A stretch of DNA of 64,000 nucleotides from NCBI GenBank assembly GCA_038087875.1, contig CM075979.1, forward strand, positions 85,436,001-85,500,000, written 5' to 3'. Each line of letters opens with the position of its first letter. Positions within the stretch are counted from its first letter, which is position 1. The notes below the pieces were generated by a model. It saw only the letters and a list, made by a program, of their open reading frames with translations. It ran no database searches and had not been told where the DNA came from. This document shows, piece after piece, positions 51,050-63,110 of the stretch. The stretch is from Malacoraja senta (lineage: Eukaryota). Both the position numbers and the translations under genes were made by a program.

Positions 51050-51950
51050 AATCATGGTTTTGAATATATTCAATTAATGCCTCACAGCTCTTAGGGATAG
51101 AGAATTCTGCAGATTCATAGCCCTTTGAAAGAATAAATTCCTCATCATGTTCGTCTTACATTGGTCCTGAAGTTCTAGATAACTCCAGTAGGCAAAACAT
51201 CCTCACATCTCTCTGAATCTCACAAACACTTTTCAATCAGCTCAGGTCTTGTTGCTCTAAACTCCAATAAACAGAGGGCCAACTTGCTCAGATTTTCCAT
51301 TTATCAACTCCTCTATGCCAGAAATCAACTCAGCACTCTCCTTTCAAAGTAGATATATTATTCTTTAAATATGGAGACTACAACTGTACCCAGTACGTCA
51401 GGTATGCCTCACCAGTACTCTGTAGAATTGCATCAAAACTTCCCAACTTCTATAATTCATTTTCCTCGCAGTAATGTGACTTTCCAGTCCTTTGGCATCT
51501 CTCCAGGATTCAAGGAATTTTGGTACAACCTGCACATTCTATCTCTGCAGCCACTTCCTTTATGACACAATGCCATGAGTTATACCTAGTGCAGTAAGTA
51601 ACCTTGTATATTGAATGCTTTCTGGAAAACTAAAAATACAAATCCACTGGCTCTCCATTATTCCCCACACTTGGTACATTCTCAAAAAAACTCTAGTCAA
51701 TTTGTCAAACCCGATTTCCCTTTCATAAAACCACGCTGACTCCACTTGACTGCATTATGATGTTCTCAACGTCTAGCATTTTCCACAATGACAGATGTCA
51801 GGCTGACTGCCTATAGTTTCCTGCTTCCTGTCTCCCTCACTTCTCAATTAGATGGTTACATTTACAGTTTTCCAGTCTGCTGGCACCTGTCCAAAATCAA
51901 GGGAATTTTGGAAGATCACAACCAATGCATTCACCATCTCGTCAGCCATT
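51050..51950 (-). mobile_element. Old CR1 ORF2 remnants
   Basis: Minus-strand decayed motifs (ETGSRKL*AVSLTSVIV ~ NYRPVSLTSV; ESAWFY ~ SQHGF; FSFPESIQ ~ DFQKAF). Confidence 0.55.
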
Positions 51951-52199
51951 TTAAAAAACGCTGCCCACATTAAACAGCAATCTAAACGACAAGTAGAAAT
52001 ACCTCCAGAAATAAAAGATCAAGCCAAATCACCACACAACAATAATTGCTGCATTCCATCATCGGAACAGGAATGTTAAATGCAACCAGAGTGACCTTTT
52101 GCAGCAAATGCTACAATATGAATCCTATTTATGAGCAAAGTTGGACTGCACATTAATTTTCCACTAATACTTGAAGATGGTAGCCAGCATGATGCAAAA

Positions 52200-52900
52200 A
52201 AGGCTCTCGATGTGGCCTCCTCTACATTGATGACACCAAGTGAAGGCAAAGTGACCACTTTGCCGAATACGTGAGCTGTCCACCAGGGCGTCTTGGAGCT
52301 TACGGTTGCTGGATGATCAGCCATGATCACAGTGAATGATGGTGCTGGCTCAAAGGGCCGAATGGCCTGCTCCTGCACCTATTGTCTATTGACATTTTGA
52401 TTTCTCTTCCTATTCCCAAACCAACCTATCTGTCCTTGGCTTCTTCCATTGGTAGTTTGAGGCCATTAACAGTGGAAGAATAGCACGTCGTAGTCCACTT
52501 GAGAAGCCTTCAACCCAATGGCAAGAATATTGAATTCTCCAACTTCAAGTAATCCCCCCCCCCTCCCACTTCTTCATTATCTACACTGTTCTTCCCCAAT
52601 CTCCCACTCATCCTTCTTTCCTGCTTTCCACTCCACTCCTCCATCCGTCACCCACTTCCATCTGCTTATCTCCCAGCCCTCTTTACTCTGGGTTCCTTAT
52701 TTTTGTTCCTCCCCCTGGTGTTACATTGCACTCCCCATCTTCCATCTTTATCAGATTCTACCTGCATCTCGTTGCCTTCTCCACTTTTCGCCTCCAACCT
52801 TGGTTACTATCTCACTAATTTTTCTCCCACCCGACTCATCTGCTAATTAACCACTCATCATCATCATCCACCTCACTCTTGCTCGTTCTTGCCACACCAC
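52200..52900 (+). pseudogene. Penelope-like element GIY-YIG C-terminal remnant plus pyrimidine-rich 3' region, interrupted by a CR1 tail (52308-52392)
   Basis: RCGLLYIDDTK*RQSDHFAEY, then TNLSVLGFFH and LRSLQPNGKNIEFSNFK*. Confidence 0.75.
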
Positions 52901-52964
52901 CTCTTTCATTTTGTAACATCATTGTGAAAGAATGAACACTCAGCAAATTCTTTAAAATATGTAT

Positions 52965-53435
52965 CAGACTCAGAAACAGCTTATTCCCCTCTATGAGAGA
53001 GCTAGATAGGGTTCTTAAAAATAGCGGAGTCAGGGGATATGGGGAGAAGGCAGGAACGGGGTACTGATTGGGGATGATCAGCCATGATCACATTGAATGG
53101 CGGTGCTGGCTCGAAAGGCCGAATGGTCTACTCCTACACCTATTATCTATTGTCTATTATAAGGCTTTTGAACAGTTCTTCCATAAGCGAGTAAACTGTC
53201 CGATTCACCTTCATCTCATTGTGGAGAGTGGATTTTGTCTATGGAATGCTCCAATGGGTGCTACAATGCTGAGAACTATATTCTGCACTCTGTGTCTTCC
53301 CCTTTGCTCTATCTAATGTATTTTAATTTGACTTGATTGTATTTGTGTGTGGTATATATGCATGCTGTTTGGATGCAATAGCATGCAAAACAAGGTTTTT
53401 GACCATACCTATACATGTGGCAATAATAAACCTAT
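52965..53435 (+). mobile_element. Rex/Babar 3' fragment with an inserted CR1 tail (52995-53157)
   Basis: RLRNSLFPS [CR1 tail] IIRLLN, then a 3' UTR ending CAATAATAAACC. Confidence 0.7.
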
Positions 53436-54929
53436 AATTAAAACGTAAATAAAGCATTTGAATCATTAAAAACCTTAATGCAATCTGAAAATAATTTATA
53501 CAATATAACTTGCATTATACTTATCTCCCTTTCATATAGCCATAAAATCTTCTTTGCAATGAATGGGCTACAGATGAATATAGAATAGGCCTACAGTAGC
53601 TTTAATCAAATGCAGTTTCCAAACAGATTTCCCAGTGTTAGTAATGGAGTAACTGACAGATTTGCTGGCTTGAATCTGTTAACAAGTTTGGAAATTCCTC
53701 ATTCAAAAAGGCACATGCCAAACTCCTGAACCTGCTGGCATTTTCATGAGTGAAAATGCAATTGCTGAGAAAACAAATCCATGATGGATATATACAGTTA
53801 ATTGGCCAAAAATCCAAATATCCTTGCAATAAAACAATTATAAATGGTAATTGGTCACATTCTATTCTATTGTTTGAAAACTCCCTAACGTGCATGCTTA
53901 TATTGGAAGAATGACTAAATATCAAAAGTTAAAATATTAAAAGTATTGAAATTACAGTGTGACTTCCTATATAAATGCAATTCTTTATTCTCTGGTTGTG
54001 TTTGAATAGCATTTGCCAAGTTGCCATTTTATGGGAGCACGTCGTCAAATAAGCACCACAATCCCTGGATCCTGTAGCACAACAGACCTTCCAAAAATAA
54101 ATTTGCATCAAACTCTCAAGTTGGTGCTTGGTACTTCCGAACGTATTGATAAAACGACTGCGGAACATTTTTGGCATTTATCAACCAGCAAATGAATAAA
54201 CCAAGAAAACTGAAGTTGTTAGACAACAAATACAGTTACACATTATAATAAATTCACAAAGTAGTTGAAAAATGCAAAGAGTACAGTTGTTCATTAATGT
54301 GTGCAGCAAAATGCCCAGTCTCGAACAAGCCAGCAGTATTTAATGGATATTAACTAAAAGAAGCATCTGAGAGCATCGAGGAGATCGAAAATAGGCTCTG
54401 GCAACACATGACAGAATCTAGCGTGGTGAGTCAAAACAAAGGAACCATTTTTCAAAAAGAAGGGATGAGTAAGATACAGAAACCTGCACTGATTTTTGCT
54501 TGCAGCTGGAAGAATCATCAGACTACGAAACGGGTCAGGAGTCCCTTGTTCCTCGTTTGAAAGAAATTAAGTGTCAAACATTCAAACCGTTTTACATTTA
54601 AAAAATTGCAACTTAATAATACTGAAAAATGAGAAACTCTGAATTTTGCTCAGATAGCCAAATTGTAGAAGGATATGGGCAAAAATGAATGTCTTAAACG
54701 TTGCTTAACAGAATGGAGATTAATAGCTAGAAGACATGGAGAGAAGAAAGATGTGCCATGTCTGCAGGAAGCCAGGACACACACACACACGTGCATGCCA
54801 CACCTACTAAGATGTCCACTTCTTGGTGAACAATGCTGCCTGGAAGATCTAGCTGGCTGTCTGTCCACTGTACAAGAGCTTGGCCGAACATTTGAAACAT
54901 AGATGATGGACACGAATGAACAACCTTTT

Positions 54930-56190
54930 TTTGTTTAAAAAAGTTTTAAAAAAATTACTGAGGACTGTGGCAATCCCAAAGCACAGGAATGCAAGTGGCT
55001 GCAGAGAGAGATGGACTCAGCCCAGTCCATCATTTTTTAATTTTTTTTATTATACAAATACTTTTATTCAAAAAAAATAAATATATATATATATATATAT
55101 ATATACAAATTAGCACAATAGCTGGAAGACATGGAGAGAAGAAATGTTGACAGTTTTACAAAAAATGATAATCAAATTAATATAACGCCAACTTTATCAA
55201 CAAAACACTCAACCTCCCGCGGTGACCAGTGTTCACGGAAGGCCTCCAAAGTCTCCCTCTCCAAGGACACGTGGGCACGGACGTAGGCCCGGAAAAGGGG
55301 CAGGCAGTCAACCCTGGTGCGGCCGTCGACTACCTGCTGCCTGGACCCGCGAATGGCCATCTTGGCCGGGCCCAGGAGCAGACAGACAGGGAGATCCCCC
55401 CACCCCCCCCTCCCGACCTACTCCCCTCTGTACTGGGGTGCCCAAATATCTGGAGTGTGGGGCTGAAATGTAGCCAAAACTTGAGGAGCAGCCCCTTCAG
55501 ATAGTCGTACAGGGGCTGCAACCTCTCACACTCCATGTACAAATGGAACACGGTCTCTTCCTCGCAGCAGAAGTGACAGGCAGCTGGCGAGTCTCTGAAC
55601 CGGCTCAAGTACCTGTTACAGGTCACAGCCATGTGCAACACTCTCCATCCCAGGTCCCCGATGTAAAGGGGGAGGACTCCCTTATAGAGAGACAAGTCTA
55701 TCATGGGCACAGCCCTTCCCTTCCTTGAAAGCAGCTACATAGGAAAGTGGCATCTGTCATCAAGGATCCCCACCATCCGTGTCATGCCGTTTTCTTGGTG
55801 CTACCGTCAGGCAGCAAATACAGAAGCCTGAAGTTGCATACCATCAGGTTCAGGGACAACATCGTTCCTAAAACTATCAGGTTCTTGAAACAACCCACAC
55901 AATATAATCTTACCTCTGCAAGAAACCACTACAGATGGCCTCTTGCATTATCATGGGCTAGTTTTTCTAATCGTGTTTTCTAATCTTGTTTTTTCTGATA
56001 ATGCCCTGTTTTTTTGCACTTTCAAAATTGTGTACCGTCTTGCAGAATTTTTATGTGTAATGTACTGTATAAGTTATGTATAATTTAAGCTTTTATGTGT
56101 TTGTTTGAATCTATGTGATGCTACTATAAAATGTTGACTGTACTTGTACCTCACTCTACTGGTGCACATGACAATAAACTCAACTCGACT
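54930..56190 (+). mobile_element. Rex/Babar LINE 3' fragment split by a Tx1 insertion
   Basis: QECKWLQREMDSAQSI [insert] MGTALP; then VASVIKDPHHPCHAVFLVLPSGSKYRSLKLHTIRFRDNIVPKTIRFL; tail AATAAACTCAACTCGACTT. Confidence 0.8.
55034..55694 (-). mobile_element. 5'-truncated Tx1/L1-clade LINE (ORF2 C-terminus with CCHC zinc knuckle)
   Basis: DLGWRVLHMAVTCNRYLSRF..CHFCCEEETVFHLYMEC, then LAKMAI. AATAAA plus A-rich tail on the minus strand. TSD AGTC(C/T)ATCAT at 55024-33 and 55695-704. Confidence 0.85.
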
Positions 56191-57049
56191 TATCAGTCGC
56201 TATCCTGCCAATGTCTGGTACTGGTTAATGCATCTGTTACTCAGCTGCCAACACACTGAACAAGATTAATATTTAACTTCACACCTTCATGTAGTTTGTG
56301 TATGTAGTGCACTCACCTCCTCACCTGGCATGAGTGTCAGCCACATAAGAATAATGCACATCACACAAGTACATTCAAGACCCTCACTAATAAAGCACCC
56401 TCTGGCTTGCAGAACAAGGGGCATACAACTGGAAAAGGCAGCAGGGGCAGCTAACCAGTAGAGCAGATGCTTCTCGACCCATGGTGGAGAAAATGCTCAT
56501 TAACACCAGAGTGCCCACTACTAAATCTCATGTAAATGCCAGCAACAGCAATTATACTGTAGAAAACAACACTATCTTCATATCTAGTCCTCCTTTTCAT
56601 ATCCCATTTCTCCTTTATCCCATAACAAAGCACTAGTTATTCAGGGAAGGAAATGAGTCATTCCGGCACAAGCTTGGACATTTGATGTGCATGGACGTGT
56701 TGGGCCAAAGGATCTGTTTCCATGCTGCATGGCTGTATGACTCAATAACTCTCTTTGCGACTCCAGACTAACATTCCAGCACATTACAGTGAACCCTCAT
56801 TATAATGGACCATGGGGGGGGGGGGTGTCCATTATTGCTGATAGTCCGTTATAATCAAGTAAGGTATTATTATTGAATGTAGTTGAAACAAAGAACTGCA
56901 GATGATGGATAATACACAAAAGGACACAAAATACTGGAGTAACTCAGCGGGTCAGGCAGCATCACTGGAGAACAGTCTGCTGAGTTACTCCAACACTTTG
57001 TGTAATTTCACCTTAAAACTAGGCACCAATGCCGCTGGTCTGCACCATA

Positions 57050-57286
57050 AAGCCCTTCTTCACCCACCGCACGGTCCAGTTGACATGGAGGTTGTTGCAG
57101 CTCACGTTGTAGCCCCTGGCCAGCAGCGCTTTCTTCAGGCCGCTGCCAAGGACAGGACATGCTCAGTCAGCCTGGGTCTCCCTCCCCTCTCATCAGCTGC
57201 CATTTCTTCCTGTAGGCCATCACTTTGTCTGCTCCCCACTCTACCGCCGCCTCCTCCTCCTCCTTCTCCCCCGCAGACGCCGACAT
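57050..57286 (-). pseudogene. Linker histone H1-like gene fragment (left arm)
   Basis: ATG at 57286 (MSASAGEKEEEEAAVE...), then after frameshifts PRLTEHVLSLAA / GLKKALLARGYNVSCNNLHVNWTVRWVKKG. Compare H1 globular domain [30 protein letters not shown]. Confidence 0.65.
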
Positions 57287-57420
57287 CTTCCAAGGTGGAG
57301 TATGTTGGCTACTCTGGGGGAGGAAAAGGAGGAGGTGGAGGTGGGGGTGGGGGGGGGGGGGTGGGAAGAGTACGAGTGGACAGAATGACAGGAGGAGGAG
57401 GAGCAGGTAGTGGTGTAAAA

Positions 57421-57604
57421 GGGAGCAGATAAAGCAACAGCCAACAGAAAGAAGCAGCAGCTGGTGAAAGGGCGGGGATCCCCACAGTGACCAAGCATGT
57501 CCTATCAGTGGTGGCGGCCTGAAGAAATAGCTGTCCTCTGGGGCTACAACGTGAGCCGCAACAACGGCCGCATCATCTGTACCATGCGGTTGGGGAAGAA
57601 GGGG
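57421..57604 (+). pseudogene. Linker histone H1-like gene fragment (right, inverted arm)
   Basis: PTVTKHVLSVVAA / GLKK*LSS / GYNVSRNNGRIICTMRLGKKG. Diverged reverse complement of 57050-57237. Confidence 0.65.
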
Positions 57605-58519
57605 GTAATGTTGGAAGCCGGGGCTGTAAGCGTCCAGGGAGCTGGTGCGAACCGGAGGAGATGTCCGCTATAATCAAAATCTGTTATAAAGGGTCCGTTA
57701 AAACTATGGTTTACTGTATTTTGTTTCCTCCTAACTATTCTCTGAAAAAGTTACTCAGTTGAAGGGCAATTAGAAATTGCTGATAAATGACGGGTTTGCG
57801 AGTGATGGCCACATCTAGTGAATACATAAAAAGTGACTTTTAGCAAAGATGGAAAAAAAAAGTTATTGTGGTCGGCAGCTTGCACATATTCACTGACAAG
57901 ATGCTACTAAAGACTCTGATGGGAACAACAGAAAACTGATGAATTTGCAATGATAAAATGCTATTGAATTGCCACGGCTGCCTGAAAGTCTGCGTGCAAT
58001 GCCAAGTAAAACGGAGAAATCCTCACTAAACTTTACACTGGGTTTTGAGCAGAAGCTGGAGTCCATTCCTCCTGGAATGAAGGTAATCCAGAAACTACAT
58101 GGGCACAGTTGCAGACGTAAATTTTACACACCATTTAAGCACTGGAGATTCAATTTCCATTGCAACACACCTCTGGATACTACAGGTTAATCTTGGATCT
58201 CTGCTATCATTACAATGGACATATATTAAAAAAGTTATGCTTTTGCTTGCTTGGGAAAAGAGGTATTTGACTATCATGAACTCAAACCAAGCATGGGAAT
58301 CTGCGGCAGGAAAAGTGAAAAACATCCGCTCCGAGGCCAAGATCATCAGCACTGAGGCTCTAATTGCACTGAATCAGCACTGAAGGGGAGGCCTCATTTT
58401 TTGCATGGCCAACACCAGACTCCAAAAACATTCAATTTCAGGCTTCACGCAGCAAGATAATATCAGGTGGATAATGATGAGCATAATTCATAAACATATG
58501 CAAGAGCCCTCTTGAGAAA

Positions 58520-58740
58520 ATTATGTGAGTGTTGCTCTAAGAAAATGCAAGTCTGGGAATTAACAATTGATAACGAGAAGATAGCAGATAAATTAAACAG
58601 GTACTTTGCATCAGTGTTCACTGTAGAGGACACAAGTAATATACCAGCAATAGCTATAAATCAGAAATTGGAAGAGTGGATGAATTCAGGAAAAGCATCA
58701 CCAGAGCAGGTAATGAACAAAGCAATGCCAAAAGAATATA
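58520..58740 (+). mobile_element. CR1 ORF2 internal remnant
   Basis: IADKLNRYFASVFTVED is the typical CR1 pre-RT motif (A..LN.YFASVFT.ED). Confidence 0.75.
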
Positions 58741-58937
58741 CAAAAGAGTAAGTCAATGTGCTCCTTGAACTTGTTCTGCCATTAGATCATTGCTGGACCA
58801 ACTCTGGCTTCAACGTTAATTTCCTGTTCGCATAACCCTCGACTCCTTTGTAGTTTACTTAACTCTCAACTACCATCTAGAATAAATTCAATGACTCTGT
58901 CTCTGCAACTCTGTGGTAGAGAACTTTGAAAAATCAT

Positions 58938-59034
58938 AGGTAGACACAAAATGCTGGAGTAACTCAGCGGGTCAGACAGCATCTCTGGAGAGAAGGAATG
59001 AGTGACGTTTCGGGTCGAGACCCTTCTTCAGACT
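58938..59034 (-). mobile_element. Young 97-bp PLE-derived insert with TSD
   Basis: Perfect 13-bp TSD TTTGAAAAATCAT at 58925-37 and 59035-47. CpGs intact. Confidence 0.9.
59001..59034 (-). ncRNA. Minimal type-I hammerhead ribozyme-like motif
   Basis: AGU-CUGAAGA-A-GGGU(CUCG)ACCC-GAAA-C-GUC-ACU: both core boxes, helix II, palindromic ACGU in place of helix III, and a 3-bp helix I (AGU/ACU). Confidence 0.6.
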
Positions 59035-59944
59035 TTTGAAAAATCATGACCTTCTGAGAAAAGAAATCCTTCTTCATTTCTGTCTTAATTGAGCAATACC
59101 TTAAATTATTGTGAAATTATCCATTCTTTCATCTTCTCAGAGTCAATCCCTCTCAGAAGTTCATAAAATCACTTCACATACTGTACTTTTAAATTCCATT
59201 GAGTATAGACCCTACCTGCTCTTTATTCAACCCTTAAACTCCAGGAATCAAATTATTGTTTTTTTTCTGTACTGCCACCAATCTTAGTTAAATTAAAGAG
59301 ACCAAAACTGAACAGTGTACTCCAAGTACAGTCTCCCTACTTCCCTGTAAGGTTGCATCAACATTTCCCTTCTTTTATGCCTTGCAATAAATGTCAATGT
59401 TCTTAGCCTTCCTATTTGCTTATTTGCATTCAAGTTTTTGTGTAATTTGCATAATTTGCTTTTCATTTTGCCTTCCGCATAGCATTCTTTAATGTTTCTG
59501 ACCATATTCCACCTACCAACTTCTTGTCCACTTACTAAAACTACCTAGCTCAGTTTGCATGCTTTGTATTCACCTTACAATCTACAACTTAGCAAGTTGG
59601 CAAATGTCTCCAGGCTAAAAGGTGCCATGAATGTGCCCAAAGGAACATATTCTCTGTGGACAATGACATGGTGTATATATATATTTTTTTTTAAACCCAA
59701 ATGGAAACATTATTTGCCAAAGTGTATCAAATCATACTCATCAAAAGATCCCAGATTCAAATTTGAAGGTTCACTGATCTAAACTAAAGAACGAGCTACA
59801 ATTCTGCGACTAAACTCTGCACCTCCGCAGAGGGAAAGTCAAAATATTAATCCAATAGCTCATGCTAAAAATAACACAAATAAAAGGATAGAATAATGCA
59901 GAACCAAACCCAAAAAGGATGTCCTTTGTTCTCTCACTGCGAGT

Positions 59945-60139
59945 AGAGAGTGTTAGATATAGCTTATGGGGAGAGAGTTAGATATAGCTCTTTGGGCTAA
60001 CGGAATCAATGGATATGGGGAGAAAGCAGGAATGGGGTACTGATTTTGGATCAGTATTGATCATATTGAATGGCGGTGCTGGCTTGAAGGGCCGAATGAC
60101 CTACTCCTGCACCTATTTTCTATGCTTCTATGTTTCTAT
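59945..60139 (+). mobile_element. CR1-clade (HER1-like) LINE 3' tail
   Basis: Same tail as 50830-51015, with a 19-bp duplication at the 5' junction. Confidence 0.85.
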
Positions 60140-61799
60140 CCCAATATTTAGTAATTTCCATCGAATTCCCATGTTTTGAGAGTCAAAAATGAGATATTGA
60201 TAGTTATAATTGAGTAAATACTTATAAAATTGTCAAATAATTATAGTTTAATGTTGACTGCATGAGCAAATGAAGTAGGTTACAAATTAGTATAATGGCA
60301 TACTTGGAGCAAGTTTTCACCACATACCGTCAATGTATAAAAATAAGACTTCCAATTTTATTTATATTACTCTGCCTAATAAAAGAGGTGAATAATCTCA
60401 GAGATTGTGAACAAAGGGGAATGTTTTTGATGTTGAGAAGTTTTTCATCAAAAATTGAAATAGTTACATGTAGAGCTTCGCAAAGATTTACTTAAAATGT
60501 ATGTAAACTGTGTCTGCTTAAAGTGAACGTTTTTTTTGTGCGAGGTATATTTTAATGATGATTTATATGATGTTCTCCATTTCAAAAGAATTCGTATTTA
60601 ATGATGCCTTTATCACAAAACTTGTAAATAGTCGCATCTGCAGACACTGTCACATGGAAGGTTCTTGCAATTTCTGTAACAGCTTGTTGGAGTCATTGAA
60701 GACAGTATTTGACCAACAGAGCGTAATTTTGCAGCTGTTTCATTCCAAATGCTGGCACCAATCCAATATAGGAAGCTTTGTCCAAAGAACAAGGGATCTC
60801 TACTTTTATTTAAAATCAGGGTAAAGTGCAAAGCTCTAATAAAAACGATTACTTGCATCCCTGACTGAATCTCAATCATGTTCCAAGTGACTGTGTGTCC
60901 AACGCATTCAAGGTGCACACAATTCAGCCCAAATATCCATTCAATGATTGTACCGGCATTTTTCATATACACAACTCAAAGCTAAAGAGCTGAAGATGAC
61001 AGTATAGAGTTATATTTTTACATCATGGACTGGCCCAAGGGGAAAGCTGATCTTGCAAATATCATAAATATCACTAATGTACCTTTCTTCACAATGGCAG
61101 AAGGCATTAGCAAGACATACCCACTACTCCTTGTATGCATGTCAATGATTACCAAATTCACTCAAGGATAAAGGAAGTTAGTTTACTTAACCATATGAGA
61201 ATGCAAGTGGGGCATAAGTTTTTCACACAACATTGTATTTCAAACTGAAGGGCAAAATGTTTCATTCCATCCCCCCAATAAAGATGTCTCATTCTAAGAC
61301 AGATGAATGAAAAATATTTTTCAAATAGTATGCATGTAGATGTGAATAGTTTGGGATGGACAATGAGTGTGACATCCTTACTTCAGGAATTAATAAATGA
61401 AAACAAATTTGTTTCTACATCATAAGTAACATTCAATGAAGGCAGCAAGAAATGCACTTGGACCTTAGAATATTCAAAGTCTCAAGAATAGGTGACATTA
61501 ATTACATAATACTAAAGGCAGCAAGTGAGAGGATTTATAAGATACTGACAGGCAAACGGAGAAAGCTGTTGAATATAAAAAATCTTACTAAAATTGAAAC
61601 AAAACAGTAAGGTAATAAAAAAACTGGCAAGCGGTAAAAATGTAATTTGACATGACAACCAGAAAAATAATAGAATTGATGTTAATAGAGGTCCAAGAGT
61701 TAGTCTTAGGTTCATTATCATTTTAATTTTATGAATGGTCAGCATTTTACACTAATAATAACAACATGAAATCTACAGGTGCTACAATACTTCACATTG

Positions 61800-62000
61800 T
61801 TGTAAAAATCAGAAAAATGCTGGAGAAAGATTAGGGTTACCATGAAAAAAAAATTAATGTTTCAGATTGAAGACCCTTCATCTTTTACCTGGAATAAAAA
61901 GCCAATTTCTCTTTCTGCCGGTACTGTGTGACATGCTGAGTGTTTTCAGCATTTTCTCTTTTTATGTCAGATTTCCAGCATCTACACTATTTTGATTTTC
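61800..62000. mobile_element. Old PLE terminal fragments in inverted arrangement
   Basis: GAAAAATGCTGGAG...TGTTTCAGATTGAAGACCCTTCATC, followed by TGCTGAGTGTTTTCAGCATTTTCT...CAGATTTCCAGCATCT. Confidence 0.5.
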
Positions 62001-62404
62001 ATTCGTAGTGTACTCAATTATAGCAAAAAAAGATTACAGACTTTGTGATGGCTCAGAAAATGGTGAAGTAGATAGAATTACCGCAAATGGAGTCCAATAT
62101 GTGGAAGGGCGAGAAAGTAAACTTCTAGACTAATCTGATTTGCTATAAATTACACAATTTAAAAAATATAAATGAGAAGAGAGATCATATTACCCATAAA
62201 TGCTTAAAAAAGTAGCAGGGTGAGTTGAAAAGATGGTTTTAAAAGCATGCCATTTACTCAGCATTACATCAGGTCAATAGAATATGTAGCAAAGTGATAA
62301 AGCTGAAAGCATTTCAATTTATGACTGAGTTCAATGTAATACTTGAGGGGGAAAACGGGAAGCACCAAATAAAATTCTGGATTTGGTTAAGATCAACTTT
62401 AACT

Positions 62405-63110
62405 AGATAAGAAAGGAAAGGGAAAAAACAGAGAATTGTGGACCAGTTAGTCTAACATCTGTTGCCAGGAAATTACCCGTTTGTGTTTAAAGATAGAGTG
62501 TCAGGACATTGGAAATTTGCAACTGGTCTGAGGTAGTTAGCATGAGTTCTTAAAATAAGTCATGCTTGATGAACCTGATTGAATTTGTTGAAGAGCCTAA
62601 AGTGGACAGACAGCAAATGCTATTTATATGGGCTTACAGAAAGCATTTGATGAAGTCCCTCGGGGGAGATTGTTGGCTAGAGCTGAAACTCGTGGAATTG
62701 AAGGTAAATTATTGATTGGCTTAGGAAACTGGTAGAGTGTCAGGAAAAAGCAGTCGGAAAAAAAAAGATCAAGAATGCTAATTGGCAAGAATTTGCAGGT
62801 AATGCCCCAAGAGTATTCACCGCATTTATAAAGGACTTAGATGATGGGATAAAAGACCTCATATCTAAGACTGCTAATTACACAAAAGTAAGCAACAGTG
62901 TAAGCAGTGAAGATGAAAACTTTAAATAAAAGAGAAATATTAATTGATACTGCACTAATTGGATGGTCATAGAAGTGGCATATGGCATTTGTTCTGCAAA
63001 AAGTGGTTTAGCCGAGGCCAAACATGGTAAGGAAATCTCCAATAAATGTTTGGATACTTGAAAGTTAAGAGGAATAATAGGATCTTGATGTGCATGTCCA
63101 CAGATCCCCA
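62405..63110 (+). mobile_element. Decayed CR1 reverse transcriptase region
   Basis: ENCGPVSLTSV, S*HEF..KSCLMNLIEF, IYMGLQKAFDEVP, FIKDLDDGI..ISKTANYTK match the ordered CR1 RT motifs (NYRPVSLTSV, SQHGF, SCLTNL, DFQKAFDKVP, INDLD, SKFADDTK). Confidence 0.8.

Larger units (their letters stand above)
56787..57716. mobile_element. Non-autonomous Tigger/pogo-type (Tc1-mariner) element carrying passenger DNA
   Basis: TA TSDs (56785-86, 57717-18). Imperfect TIRs CAGTGAACCCTCATTATAATGGAC / GTCCGTTAAAACTATGGTTTACTG. Subterminal GTCCG.TATAATC repeats. A PLE-derived insert lies at 56885-57005. Confidence 0.75.
58790..59550 (-). mobile_element. Old CR1 3' remnant hosting the 58938-59034 insert
   Basis: Minus-strand MLMQPYREVGRLYLEYTVQFWS resembles CR1 LYKxLVRPHLEYCVQFWSP. 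Confidence 0.6.

Noticed and set aside
56902-57432. 176-aa Pro/Gly-rich ORF
   Set aside because: It crosses a PLE insert, the antisense H1 arm and G/C homopolymer runs. It is a low-complexity artefact.
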